From a virus, in IMG/VR virus record IMGVR_UViG_3300037153_000324, positions 10,374 through 74,373 of that record: a DNA stretch of 64,000 nucleotides, one strand, 5' to 3'. This document shows, piece after piece, positions 47,520 through 57,255 of the stretch (position 1 is the first letter of the stretch; the number at the start of each line of letters is the position of its first letter). The translations under genes were made by a program, and so were the position numbers. The notes beneath the pieces were generated by a model. That model saw nothing but the letters and a program-made list of their open reading frames with translations. It was not told the origin of the DNA and ran no database searches.

Positions 47520-48094
47520 AAATGGCGATGGTTCGCCCAAGACTCGATCACTTTGTTGGTCGCAGAGCCATGACAGTGATGCAAGACGAGGAAAACCTGT
47601 GGGACTGGACGATTATTCTCGAAGGCAAAGTTGAAATTCACAATGAGGATCAACAGCGTGTCGAGTCGCCCGATGTGGTACTGGGAATGTTGTTGACGAC
47701 TGTGATTCAAAGCGAGGCCGAGACGCGGCTAGTGTTTACTCGGCCCGATGCGTCTGGACAACCTGATCTGACTCGTCAGATTCAGTTGGAAATTACACCG
47801 ACACTGCACACGATTAGCGCACCGGGTTACGAACAGCAGGGTATTCACCCGCAGTGGCCGGAAGAGCTAGAGGAAATCTTGCCGCCAGATCCGTCACCGG
47901 ATCGTGTGGCCGCAGGGCCGATGCCGTTCGAGGAAACCGGCCCAATTACAAAACCAACTGTCGTCAAGGTGACGGAGCCGAAAGACGAGCCATTGCCGCC
48001 ACCCCAAGTTATGCCGCCGAAAGCTACGAAAAAGGCCACTAGGAAGGCACGTAAGCCTCGGAGAGACGACGAAAAGCCGAACGGGGGAAAGTAA
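47516..48094 (+). CDS. Hypothetical protein with Pro-rich/basic tail
   Basis: Coupled ORF. Confidence 0.55.
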   Translation: MKMAMVRPRLDHFVGRRAMTVMQDEENLWDWTIILEGKVEIHNEDQQRVESPDVVLGMLLTTVIQSEAETRLVFTRPDASGQPDLTRQIQLEITPTLHTISAPGYEQQGIHPQWPEELEEILPPDPSPDRVAAGPMPFEETGPITKPTVVKVTEPKDEPLPPPQVMPPKATKKATRKARKPRRDDEKPNGGK

Positions 48095-48096
48095 GG

Positions 48097-48480
48097 GTGG
48101 TCGAACGGTCAGAGCCGCCTATGTGGCGGCAGAGGCTTCTCAGCGTGGTTGGTGCGTCTCGCGGTGCCGAGAATCTTCGCTTGCTCACTGCCTGGCACCG
48201 GGCCGAAGGAAAAGCTGCGCAGTGGAATCCGCTCAATACGACGTACAAGCTCAATAATTCGTCCTCGTTCAACAAAGTTGGAGTCCAGAATTACAGTCGT
48301 CCGACAGAAGGGGTTTGTGCTACCGCACTTACACTGGTCAATGGTTTCTACAATGGAATCCTGGGAGACTTACAAGGGGGGAAATTGACCGCTGAGCAGA
48401 TCGTCCGTCAGAACTGGTCTGAATTTCAGAAGTGGGGAACGAATCCGACCGTAATTCTCGCCGTATTGAAGGAAGTTTGA
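48097..48480 (+). CDS. Lysozyme-fold cell-wall hydrolase-like protein
   Basis: AW.RAEG...WNPLNTT...GVQNY....G..AT..TL.NG.Y motif. Confidence 0.5.
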   Translation: MVERSEPPMWRQRLLSVVGASRGAENLRLLTAWHRAEGKAAQWNPLNTTYKLNNSSSFNKVGVQNYSRPTEGVCATALTLVNGFYNGILGDLQGGKLTAEQIVRQNWSEFQKWGTNPTVILAVLKEV

Positions 48481-49322
48481 TGGGCTTGTTCGACAAAAAG
48501 AAGCTCGTCCCAGTTGAAATTGATCCGTCGTACTCACATATGGTAGGGAGGTTGGTTGGGGCAACTGAAATGTTGGTGCGCTATATGATCCTTCAAGGGG
48601 ATGAACCGGCGAGGGGTATGGCAGCACGGGTAGAGGAAGTGATTGCATGGTTCACAGAGGGGGAATTCAAGCCGTTCACTGAAAAGGAATTTCTAGCCGA
48701 AGGGGTAAAAACAAGTGAATGATTTTGCTGTAGCACAGGGGCCATTGACGCTTCGGTTGCGTAATGAGGCGGACGAATGGGAGACGGGAGATATCATCAA
48801 TGTTCTGCTTCTGGAAGCTGCAAATGAAATCGAGGCGGCACTTGTTCTGGTCGAGGGAAGAAAAATGCTTATTGAGCGCTTGCGTCAGGAGCGTGACAAT
48901 GCTGAATTTCGTAGGGTCGCAGTCCAGGAGCATTACGACGACTTGAGAAACTGGGCAAAACTTTTGGAGGAGGACAACAAGAAATTGGCTGAAGTCGAAG
49001 AAGCTGTTAGGGACTACCTCGCCTATCCCTTACTGGCGGGGAAGCGGCAACGGCTCGATGCTGCACTTGAAAATACTTAGCCGTCATGATGACAGCGGAA
49101 GAAGCTGCGAACCGGCTTATCAACGCAATTCTGGTGGAGTTTGCGGATAGTGATGACGAGTGTCTTGTGCCGATGCGAAATTTGTTTTCTGAAATTGCGG
49201 AAAGATGTAGTGTCTGTGATTGGGATAGCTCAGGTATCCCTGAATGGGAGACGGTGGGTTGGTTGCGAAAACGCTCTCGCGATGGTCTTGCTCGTCTTGC
49301 TCACGGTGAATTTATTCCATAG
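48480..49322 (+). CDS. Three small hypothetical ORFs (48480-48722, 48715-49080, 49086-49322)
   Basis: Tightly packed ORFs. Confidence 0.5.
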
Positions 49323-50381
49323 GTGGCGAACATGAAGAAGAAAAAGTCTAAAGCCCAAGCATTAGCGCATGAAATTTCGACCGCTCTCAAACTCGAAGAG
49401 CCGATTCGTCTTGGCTCTGATCCGTATTTCAAGATCGAGCGCATTACAACCGGCTCGTTGGTGATTGACCGAATTACAGGAGGGGGGTTTGCGCTTGGCA
49501 GGCATTACGAACTTTACGGCGATGAAAGTTCAGCAAAAAGTTTCATTGCCTATTCCACAATGGCCCATTCGCAACAACGCAGTAATTTGTGTGCACTCAT
49601 TGATCCTGAACACTCTTTTGACTCAGACTGGTTCGAGCACCTTGGCGGCAATCCCAGTGAGCTTCTTCTCTACCATCCCCAAAATGCTGAGGATGCAATC
49701 GCCGTGATGATGATGCTCGCCAAGAAAGCAGATGAAAATTTCATTGAAGTAACGACGATAGATTCTGTGGCGAGTCTTGTTACATCTGAGGAAATGGCGA
49801 AAGATCCTCGCGAAGAAGATCGAATTGCATCGCAGGCGCGAATGATGAGTCGTGCTCTGCGACGGCTTACGACGATCAATCGCAAGATGCTTTTTCTCTG
49901 GACGAATCAAGAGCGCACGAACGTTGGAATTCGGTTCGGGAATCCGCGTACGACTTCGGGCGGTCGAGCGTTGAGGTTCTACGCAACTGGCCGGATCGAA
50001 ATGCGTAGGGGTACGAAGGTCACTGCTAGGCGTCCACAGCCACGCACAGGGAAATTGGTGGAGACAGAGGTACAGATCGGCCGTTGGATTCAGGTGCGAG
50101 CCGAGAAGGATAAATCAACGCGGCCGTATGGGGAAGGTGCATTCGTCTTTTCCGCCGAGAATAATGAAATTGATATCGCGTCCGAAATCATCATGCTTGG
50201 GATGGAGGACGGTCTAATTACACGAAGTGGGAACGGCCGCTACAGCTACGTTGACCTTGACGATCATGAATGGGTTGGTACGGAAAAACAATTCTCGAAA
50301 ATGCTAGCTGAGAATGGAGCATTGCAAGATGAACTGATTACAGCCATCGAGGCGACAACGTTAGAGGATGTGGAGGCATAA
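49323..50381 (+). CDS. recA: RecA/UvsX-like recombinase
   Basis: TGSL.ID...GGG...GR..ELYGDESSAKS, IDPEH, IDSVASL, QARMMSRALR, NQER, GGRALRFYA. Confidence 0.95.
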   Translation: MANMKKKKSKAQALAHEISTALKLEEPIRLGSDPYFKIERITTGSLVIDRITGGGFALGRHYELYGDESSAKSFIAYSTMAHSQQRSNLCALIDPEHSFDSDWFEHLGGNPSELLLYHPQNAEDAIAVMMMLAKKADENFIEVTTIDSVASLVTSEEMAKDPREEDRIASQARMMSRALRRLTTINRKMLFLWTNQERTNVGIRFGNPRTTSGGRALRFYATGRIEMRRGTKVTARRPQPRTGKLVETEVQIGRWIQVRAEKDKSTRPYGEGAFVFSAENNEIDIASEIIMLGMEDGLITRSGNGRYSYVDLDDHEWVGTEKQFSKMLAENGALQDELITAIEATTLEDVEA

Positions 50382-50609
50382 GTGGCGCGTGAAGTGAAAT
50401 GCGATATCTGCCGGAAGCCGACAGAGAAGATTGTGGGCAAGTTGTTTTTTGCGCCTATAGTTCAAGGTGCAAGAACATTTCATTCGAAGTATTCGCATCA
50501 CGCGGATGTGGGAATCTGCTGCAAGGATCGCCTTCTGCGTGGGTTTGATTTTCGTGAGAGAACAAGCGCGGAGGAATATCACGAACGGAGACGGGTAAGG
50601 GCGGTATGA
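50382..50609 (+). CDS. Small Zn-binding protein
   Basis: CDIC...D...CC. Confidence 0.5.
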   Translation: MAREVKCDICRKPTEKIVGKLFFAPIVQGARTFHSKYSHHADVGICCKDRLLRGFDFRERTSAEEYHERRRVRAV

Positions 50610-50727
50610 GTAAGGAGGCAATGCTCAAGAGATGCACAAAATGTAATCGGAAACAAGTGGTTCATGCCAACCGCACCAAGTGTCTCGATTGTGGTGGCCT
50701 ATTGGTACAAATTCATTGGCGGCAGTG

Positions 50728-51099
50728 ATGGAAACGCCGTGGGAACGAGCGCGTAAAACGAAGTCTGAGCGCCAGGAAGAGCGTCTAGGTAATTTGCCGG
50801 GTGGAAACCGGCAGATAAATTCGGGTCGTTTCTGGCGCTCCAAGCGTGACGCAACACTGTTTGAATTTCTGATTGAGGCGCGGACAACTGAGAAAGGTTC
50901 CTACACGATTTCATATGATGAATTTCGCGCTATTGAGAAAAATGCGCTACAGACGCCTCCCGGTTGCTTGCCGGGAATGCAAATCGACTTGCGCAGCTTG
51001 CGGCTGATTGTCGTGAGGTTCGATGATTGGTACGATGAAAGAGTTGAGTTATTGCGACTGAAGGATGCGGGTGAGAACCAACACCGAGAGACTGATTAG
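50728..51099 (+). CDS. PD-(D/E)XK Holliday-junction-resolvase-like nuclease
   Basis: QE.R....GG.RQ.NSG....K.D....FLIEARTT...SY. Confidence 0.65.
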   Translation: METPWERARKTKSERQEERLGNLPGGNRQINSGRFWRSKRDATLFEFLIEARTTEKGSYTISYDEFRAIEKNALQTPPGCLPGMQIDLRSLRLIVVRFDDWYDERVELLRLKDAGENQHRETD

Positions 51100-52021
51100 A
51101 CACGCTCAACGGCGCAAAGGGCTGCTCGTTCCGCTGCTTGAGGATCTGCTACAGCGACCGCTAGAGATTGAATCTCCGGAAGATGTGAAATTCCTGAGCA
51201 ATCTTGCCTTGAAGCAAGTCATGCGTGAGCAAGCACGGGGTACGGAGAGTGTTATTTCACCTTCGTCTCTGGCTTCGTGTTTGCGGCAGGTGTTCTTGCT
51301 CAAGAATCATCGCGAGCTTGACGTGCGACCGTTGAGGAGTCCACGTATCGAGCCAAACTTCTACTTTCTCAATGGGAATTTCCTTCACCTGAAGTGGCAA
51401 TTTGCGCTTTACCGGCTGGCCCAAAAATTCCCCGAAAGCTCCGTGTTCAGGTTGATGGACTGCGAAGCTCGGATAATGAGCAAGCGAAACGATCATGGCG
51501 GAACTGTAGACGCAATTGTTGAAATTGATGGTGAGCCTTTGATCGTGGATTTCAAGGGCATCAATGTTCGTGCATTCGCCAATATTGTTGCTGGCAACGT
51601 ACCCATTTCGTACTCGGTTCAGCTTGCTGATTACATGGCGCTTCATAATTCCGCTCGGAATGTGACGAGAAGAGTCGAACGAGCACTACTAATTTCAGAG
51701 AACAAGGGAGGGCCAGACTCGAAGCATCCGATAGCGTTGCATGAGACGCAGATTTCATTGGCTGACTTCAGGCCCGAAGTCCAACGCCGACTAGGAGAGT
51801 TGAGGAAACATGGCGAAGGAAATTCCATACCGCCCCCGGAGTGCGAGTCAACGAAAAGCCTTCAGTTCCAGGCGTGCCCGTTCCGGAAATTCTGTCGGGA
51901 CGAAGTCAGGGAAATCGAGCGCCGACTCGCTGCGAGTGAGGACGCCAAGGGACTCCAAATTTCAGTTCCTAAGAGACGCCGGAATAATCGCTCCCGAGGT
52001 TATTCCATCAGACGACGATAA
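51065..52021 (+). CDS. Cas4-like/PD-(D/E)XK exonuclease
   Basis: SPSSLASC.RQ, G..LH, GTVDAI....IVDFKG, Q...YM, C...CPFR..C. Confidence 0.75.
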   Translation: MRVRTNTERLIRHAQRRKGLLVPLLEDLLQRPLEIESPEDVKFLSNLALKQVMREQARGTESVISPSSLASCLRQVFLLKNHRELDVRPLRSPRIEPNFYFLNGNFLHLKWQFALYRLAQKFPESSVFRLMDCEARIMSKRNDHGGTVDAIVEIDGEPLIVDFKGINVRAFANIVAGNVPISYSVQLADYMALHNSARNVTRRVERALLISENKGGPDSKHPIALHETQISLADFRPEVQRRLGELRKHGEGNSIPPPECESTKSLQFQACPFRKFCRDEVREIERRLAASEDAKGLQISVPKRRRNNRSRGYSIRRR

Positions 52022-52385
52022 TATTCCGCTAGATTTCACTCGTCTTTCCAACCGGGGAATTGGCGCACTGCACTCCCGCTATGCAGTGCGTCACGCGCAT
52101 GCCATTTTCAATTGTTCGATCTTGAGCGCAGACCTGTCTCAGCTTCGCCGGGATCTGAAGATCGAGAAATCGAAATTTCGGATCAGGAACAAGGGCGAGA
52201 AGCTGAATATCGTCAATGCCATGATGGAGGACGATGACGGCATTGTTGAAATTGAGGATAAGATCCTAGAGCTAGAAGCCAAGGTCGGTGTGCTGTCGGC
52301 TATTGCGGCGGGCTATGAATCCCTGCGTAATGCGGCATCGAGGGAGATTTCACGGCGGCTTTCGGAGCGGGCTGCGGTGGACTGA
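51810..52385 (+). CDS. UvsY-like helical recombination mediator (start uncertain)
   Basis: Coiled coil ending ASREISRR; lies within the recombination block. Confidence 0.4.
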   Translation: MAKEIPYRPRSASQRKAFSSRRARSGNSVGTKSGKSSADSLRVRTPRDSKFQFLRDAGIIAPEVIPSDDDNIPLDFTRLSNRGIGALHSRYAVRHAHAIFNCSILSADLSQLRRDLKIEKSKFRIRNKGEKLNIVNAMMEDDDGIVEIEDKILELEAKVGVLSAIAAGYESLRNAASREISRRLSERAAVD

Positions 52386-52392
52386 CCAGGGC

Positions 52393-52420
52393 TTGCATTA
52401 TCATCCCTAGGTGGTATAAT
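52393..52420 (+). promoter_or_regulatory. Strong sigma70-type promoter
   Basis: TTGCAT-N16-TATAAT with extended -10 TG; intergenic. Confidence 0.75.
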
Positions 52421-52453
52421 GGGCCTGGCCCGTTCGACCGCTAGCTAGAGAGG

Positions 52454-55400
52454 ATGGTAATGCCGCGCACGAAGAAGCCCAAGGTAGAAATTTCATTCAG
52501 AAAGGCAGGAAGGAGTCCGTCTGAGCGTAAGACTGCTTTGCCACAGCCGACGAAAGAGCCTGGTGGCTTGTCTCCTCTTGCGCAGTACATCGAGGACAAC
52601 GCAGGCTCGAAATTGACTAGGGCTGAGTTGGTCGAGCAATTTCAAGAGTATGACTGCGATCACAAGAATCGACTGCGGACTGTCAGTGCTTCTACCTTCG
52701 ATCTGTATACGTGCCCGAATTGTGGCCTGATCGACAGAGTGGAGAAGTCATGACTGATTTTATTCTGAAAAAGTCGCTTGGCCCGCTCAGTTCGGGTACA
52801 CGACTGAAATTGCGTGGTTACATCGAGGGAACGAGCTACGCGCATGTACAGCTTTTTTCACGTCCTGAGTCCGGTTCAGATTTCGAGAAACTGTGCAAGA
52901 AGTACGGAGCGAGCGGTATCTTTGAAATTGAATCCGATTTGCTCGTCAGACTCAGAGAGACGCGCAATGGAAAAACGCGAGAGGAATTGTCATGAAAATG
53001 GTGCCCGAGTTGGTCAAAGGTCAGATGTATCACGTCGTCTACAATCACGAAGCTGCGAATGGTCGCATTGTGCAAAAGGAATTTGTCGGCCAGTATCTCG
53101 GCCCGAGTGTCTACGGTCGAGAAGATTTCAGCTTGCGCCCTATCGCTGGCACATCCTCGATTGATCTGTCGCAGATTGTGGCGGCTGAGGAGGTATCCGC
53201 TTCGACCAAGCCCACCATGCCTATGCCGATGCCAAAAGTGTAGGGCAAAATACAGAAAGGAATCCGACGATGCTACAGGTAATTTCAAAGAACGTCAACG
53301 CAGTCCTTCCGGAAGCCAACCATCATGAGGTTGAAATTGGCCCGTTCAGGGATGCTCTCATCAAGGGCTTGCTTGCGAGCAAGCTTGCCAAGGATGACCT
53401 AGTGCATCGCGTCAGGCAGGGTCGTAGCGGCCCGAATTCCTGGTCGCTCCGTATTTCAACCGGAGCCGTGTACAGATTTCGCATGTACGGCCCGTACACG
53501 GCACTGGAAGTGAAGAATCAGAACAAAAATTTCTTTTTCTTGACGCCTGCGCAGGCGTACAAGTGGGCGGCGGCACTCTCGGCGTGAAAAAGAAATTGAC
53601 ACTGGTCGGAATTGCCCTTTGCCTGTCAGGAGCTACGGCATGGATATTTCTTTCCGAGGGGTTTGGGAGTATCCTGTGGCCGATTATGGCGGGCATTGCT
53701 GTAATAGCCTGGCTAGTGGCAGTGTTCGAATGAAAGGTTGGAAAATTGAAGTCATTACAAATTGACGTTCGTATTCTTGACCAACCGGAATTTCGGGCTT
53801 TTCTAGAACGCCTCAACGATTTCATTACCGAGTATGCGTGGTACAATCGTGATTGTCTGTCCGTGGATATGGACGGCGTGACCGAGGAAGGAGAAGGTAG
53901 AAAATTGACTACAAAACAAAGCCCCGAGGAGCATCGCGATCAGGTATTGCTAGAGCGATTTGGTTCAGCAATTACTCTTTCCGTCAAGGTACTGCGACCT
54001 GCCAACAAGTATCCCTATGAACATGAAATTTGGACGTCAGAGATACGTGTGCCGGTTATGGATCATTCTGATGAAAATGTACAAGCAATAGTAGAGGCGT
54101 GGGTTCAGACAATGGAGGCAGGCATTGCGCTTGCTCAGGCGTTTGGGGAAAGCGGCTTCAAGGAGCAGCAATGACCGACACGGCACGGTTCATGGCTTGG
54201 ATGTTCTCGACGGGCGCGGTCGCTGGCGTGGTCATCGGCTTCATCTTGGGGTGGTGGTTGACGTGACCGACACGGCGCTCATTGAAGAAGCGCGGCGCTC
54301 TTCCACGCAAGATTCACTAGCGTTGGATGTAATTCGACGATTGGCCGACGCTCTAGAGGCTGCGGAGGCAGAGCGGGAGAAGCTGATAAGAGCGATAGAG
54401 GGTGAGTCCGCTGCATACCAAGCAGGTTACGAGGATGCCATGTGCGATCAGACTAAAAAGGCCCAAGTTGACTAAGCCAATTCCAGTTCGGAAAAAGAAG
54501 CCAACCAAGCGCTCTGATGAAATCCGGGAGCTTTTCGATCCCAAGTCGCAGCGTATGTCGGAGCGACAAATTTCAAAAGTCCTCATGGAATTAGACGAGC
54601 GAGCGGATGAGCGTGAGGAATACGTGCAGAAAATTCTTGCGGCAAACGACGACTCGATTTTGAAGGTGGTAGGTCACATGATTGAGGAATTACAAATCAT
54701 GGAAGGGAGGCCCAAGTTTACGGTTCGTGACCGCACGTACAACACGACACCTGTCGAGCAACAACAGTTGGAGCGCATTCAACTGAAAAACTTTCGCTAT
54801 ATCGCTGTGCGTAGTCTGGTAGCCTGCGCACTTATGGATATTCGTGTGGGAAATTTCAGATTGCCGAAGGGCTTTTGTGCTCGTTGTGGGGTGAAGTGTC
54901 GTGGTTAGGAAAAAGACTCCCAAGACGATTCCCAAGGCTGTACCGCCAGTTGCCAAGGGCAAGAAGCGGCTGACACAGATTGCCGACGATGACAAAGCTA
55001 TTGCGGAGTTTGAGAAAGCTGCGCTCAAGCCTGTGCGCAGGCAGGGAAGCGCAACGCATCATCGTGACGAGGTATCGACGCGAGAAATACTGGAAATCGT
55101 GGCCGATGAAATCGAAGAAATTGGTGCTGGAAAGGTCAACCGCTTGAATGCCCGTGATTACTATGCCATGAACCTGATTCGACCGCTGCGTTTGAAATAT
55201 GAAATTTCATTTAGGGATCAGGAAGTCCCTCATTCACTTTGTAAGGAGCATGATGGCAACTCTTAGTAAAGAAATTATCGACAAGATCATCGCCAATAAT
55301 GGACACTATCCTGGTGATCCGAGAATTTCACGGGTGGTCAAATACACGAATCAGTGGGGAGGAGAGAGTTACGCTGTAATTTATCCGTTTGAGGATCAAC

Positions 55401-55982
55401 TGCGGTATCACAACTCAGCGCATTGTTTCAATGTGGAAGTGATTTGGGAGGCAAAATGAAATCAAGGGCGGGAGAATTCTTGTCGATGGGCGGCTGCTTC
55501 GTGGAAGTAGTGCGGCGTGACGACAAGGACAAGGTGCTGGTTAGTGTTGAAATCAAGGGGCTACCTGAATTCGAGGAAGTCAGCAAGAAGCTCATTGCGA
55601 TCATGGAGGATGAATTGCCGGAGCGGACGAAGGGTGAATTTTGGATTCGGACGAGGCCGTGGAAATGAATGACATTCCGCAGATCGGGATACTTACAAAC
55701 GATCCGTCTATCGTGTTTCAGGTGGAATTGGCGGGTATGGACAATGATGATCTGTGCATGATGGTGGTCGAAGTAATCGTCGCAATGGCGCTGCGTTCGG
55801 GTGCGTCTCCGCGTACGGTGTGTGAGGGGATTTTCAAGTCGATTGCCTGGTCAGAGGAAGAGTGGAACGAGAGCGTCAAGCCTTACTACGTCAGTCAGTT
55901 GGCTGTAATTACACAGGTAATGGAAATGGCAAAAGGGGAAAACAATGGCGAAACCGATTCCGGTACGGAAGAAAACCCCTAA
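52454..55982 (+). CDS. Cluster of about 12 small hypothetical ORFs (e.g. 52454-52753, 52992-53243, 53270-53587, 53746-54174, 54468-54908, 54901-55266)
   Basis: Tightly coupled short ORFs downstream of the promoter. Confidence 0.5.
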
Positions 55983-56739
55983 GAAGAAATTTCCGACGCC
56001 GAGGGAGGATCGTGAACGCGGTTGGGCGGCGCTTGGGTTCGATATCTCGCTGTCGTCCATTGCTGGTGCAGGTGTGGGCTACGACAAAACGCTAGACCGC
56101 TACGTTGGCCCGGAATTCGTGATGGTGTCATTTGACAAGGGTACTCATTATTTCGAGCGCCTGAAAACAGCGGCACGGGCGCATGAAATTGTGATGGATC
56201 TCCTAGCGGCGCTGAAACTCTCGCTCAAACTCGATGAGATTTTCATTTCTCAGGAGGAGCCGTTTCCGCCGCACGGAGGATTCATGCGGCGAGGAATTTC
56301 ACAGTCGCTCAAGCAACAGGCCGAAATATCGGGTGCGTTTTTGGGCGGGCTGCTGCGCTTTGGCTACGTGAACATTTCACAGATCGGAAATCATCAATGG
56401 CGGCAAGTAATTGCTGCGGATCTTGGAATTACAATTCACCATTCCAAGTGGCGCAGTCCAGAGCTTGCCGCCGAGTACAACTGCAAGCCTGTTGACTCAG
56501 GGAAATTTCGTGCGAAGCAGTGGGCCGCAAATTTCTCCGAAGATCCCGTGTTCAGGAACAAGATACCGGATTGGCCTGACTTGATCGTGCGAAATGGGAC
56601 GAAAATTTCCCGACCGGATTCCTCGACCGCAAAGGCTGTGCAGTGCGATGACCGATTTGACAGTTTAGCCATCATGCAAGTTCAATTGAATGAGCTTGTC
56701 AGTGCTGGAATTGCCCCAAGGGAAGTGCGGAAAGGATGA
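55945..56739 (+). CDS. RuvC-like Holliday junction resolvase
   Basis: LGFDISLS, IFISQEE, QAEISG, W.Q.I, DDRFDSLAI. Confidence 0.65.
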   Translation: MAKPIPVRKKTPKKKFPTPREDRERGWAALGFDISLSSIAGAGVGYDKTLDRYVGPEFVMVSFDKGTHYFERLKTAARAHEIVMDLLAALKLSLKLDEIFISQEEPFPPHGGFMRRGISQSLKQQAEISGAFLGGLLRFGYVNISQIGNHQWRQVIAADLGITIHHSKWRSPELAAEYNCKPVDSGKFRAKQWAANFSEDPVFRNKIPDWPDLIVRNGTKISRPDSSTAKAVQCDDRFDSLAIMQVQLNELVSAGIAPREVRKG

Positions 56740-57227
56740 AAATTCCTTTGTATGGACGAAAAGGCATTGTTGCTTGGGCGCGAGTTTCTAGGCGTGATTT
56801 CGATTGGCTAAATGAGAATCACTGGAATTTGATGGCGAATGGTTATGCGTATCGGCGTGGTAGGAATGATGAAGGTCGAGCGGAGAGCCGTCGTATTCGA
56901 GAATGTATTTTCATGCATCGAGAAATTCTTGGCTTGGTAAAAGGTGATGGTCTACAGGTTGACCATGTGAACCGGGATAGGCTCGATAACCGACGATGTA
57001 ATTTGCGAGTGGTTATGCCAAGGCATCAAGGGCATAACATCATGCGGCATGGAAATTTCACTTCACAGTTTCGTGGTGTGGCCTGGGATCAAAAAAGTGG
57101 TAGGTGGGAATCCTACGTGCATGTTCGTGGGAGGAAATTTTCAGCAGGCCGGTTTGATTCAGAGCGAGAGGCGGCAAGGGCGGCTCAAGCTTTGCGTTTT
57201 GAGTTATTGAGCCATGCCGTTGACTAA
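56736..57227 (+). mobile_element. HNH-AP2 homing endonuclease
   Basis: MHREIL...VDHVNRDRLDNRRCNLR; SQFRGV.W.....W....G.F.SE.EAARA. Confidence 0.9.
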
Positions 57228-57247
57228 TTGACCTAGGGTGCTATACT
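57220..57247 (+). promoter_or_regulatory. Promoter upstream of the helicase
   Basis: TTGACT-N16-TATACT with extended -10 TG; the ATG 8 nt downstream suggests a leaderless mRNA. Confidence 0.65.
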
Positions 57248-57255
57248 GAAGCGGC

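Noticed and set aside
51065-52021. CRISPR-Cas locus suggested by the Cas4-like gene
   Set aside because: No repeat-spacer array or other cas genes; solo Cas4-like nucleases are common in phage recombination modules
56650-57255. C-terminal duplication around the HNH-AP2 gene, as seen for the other two endonucleases
   Set aside because: No duplicated RuvC C-terminal peptide found downstream; only a promoter follows
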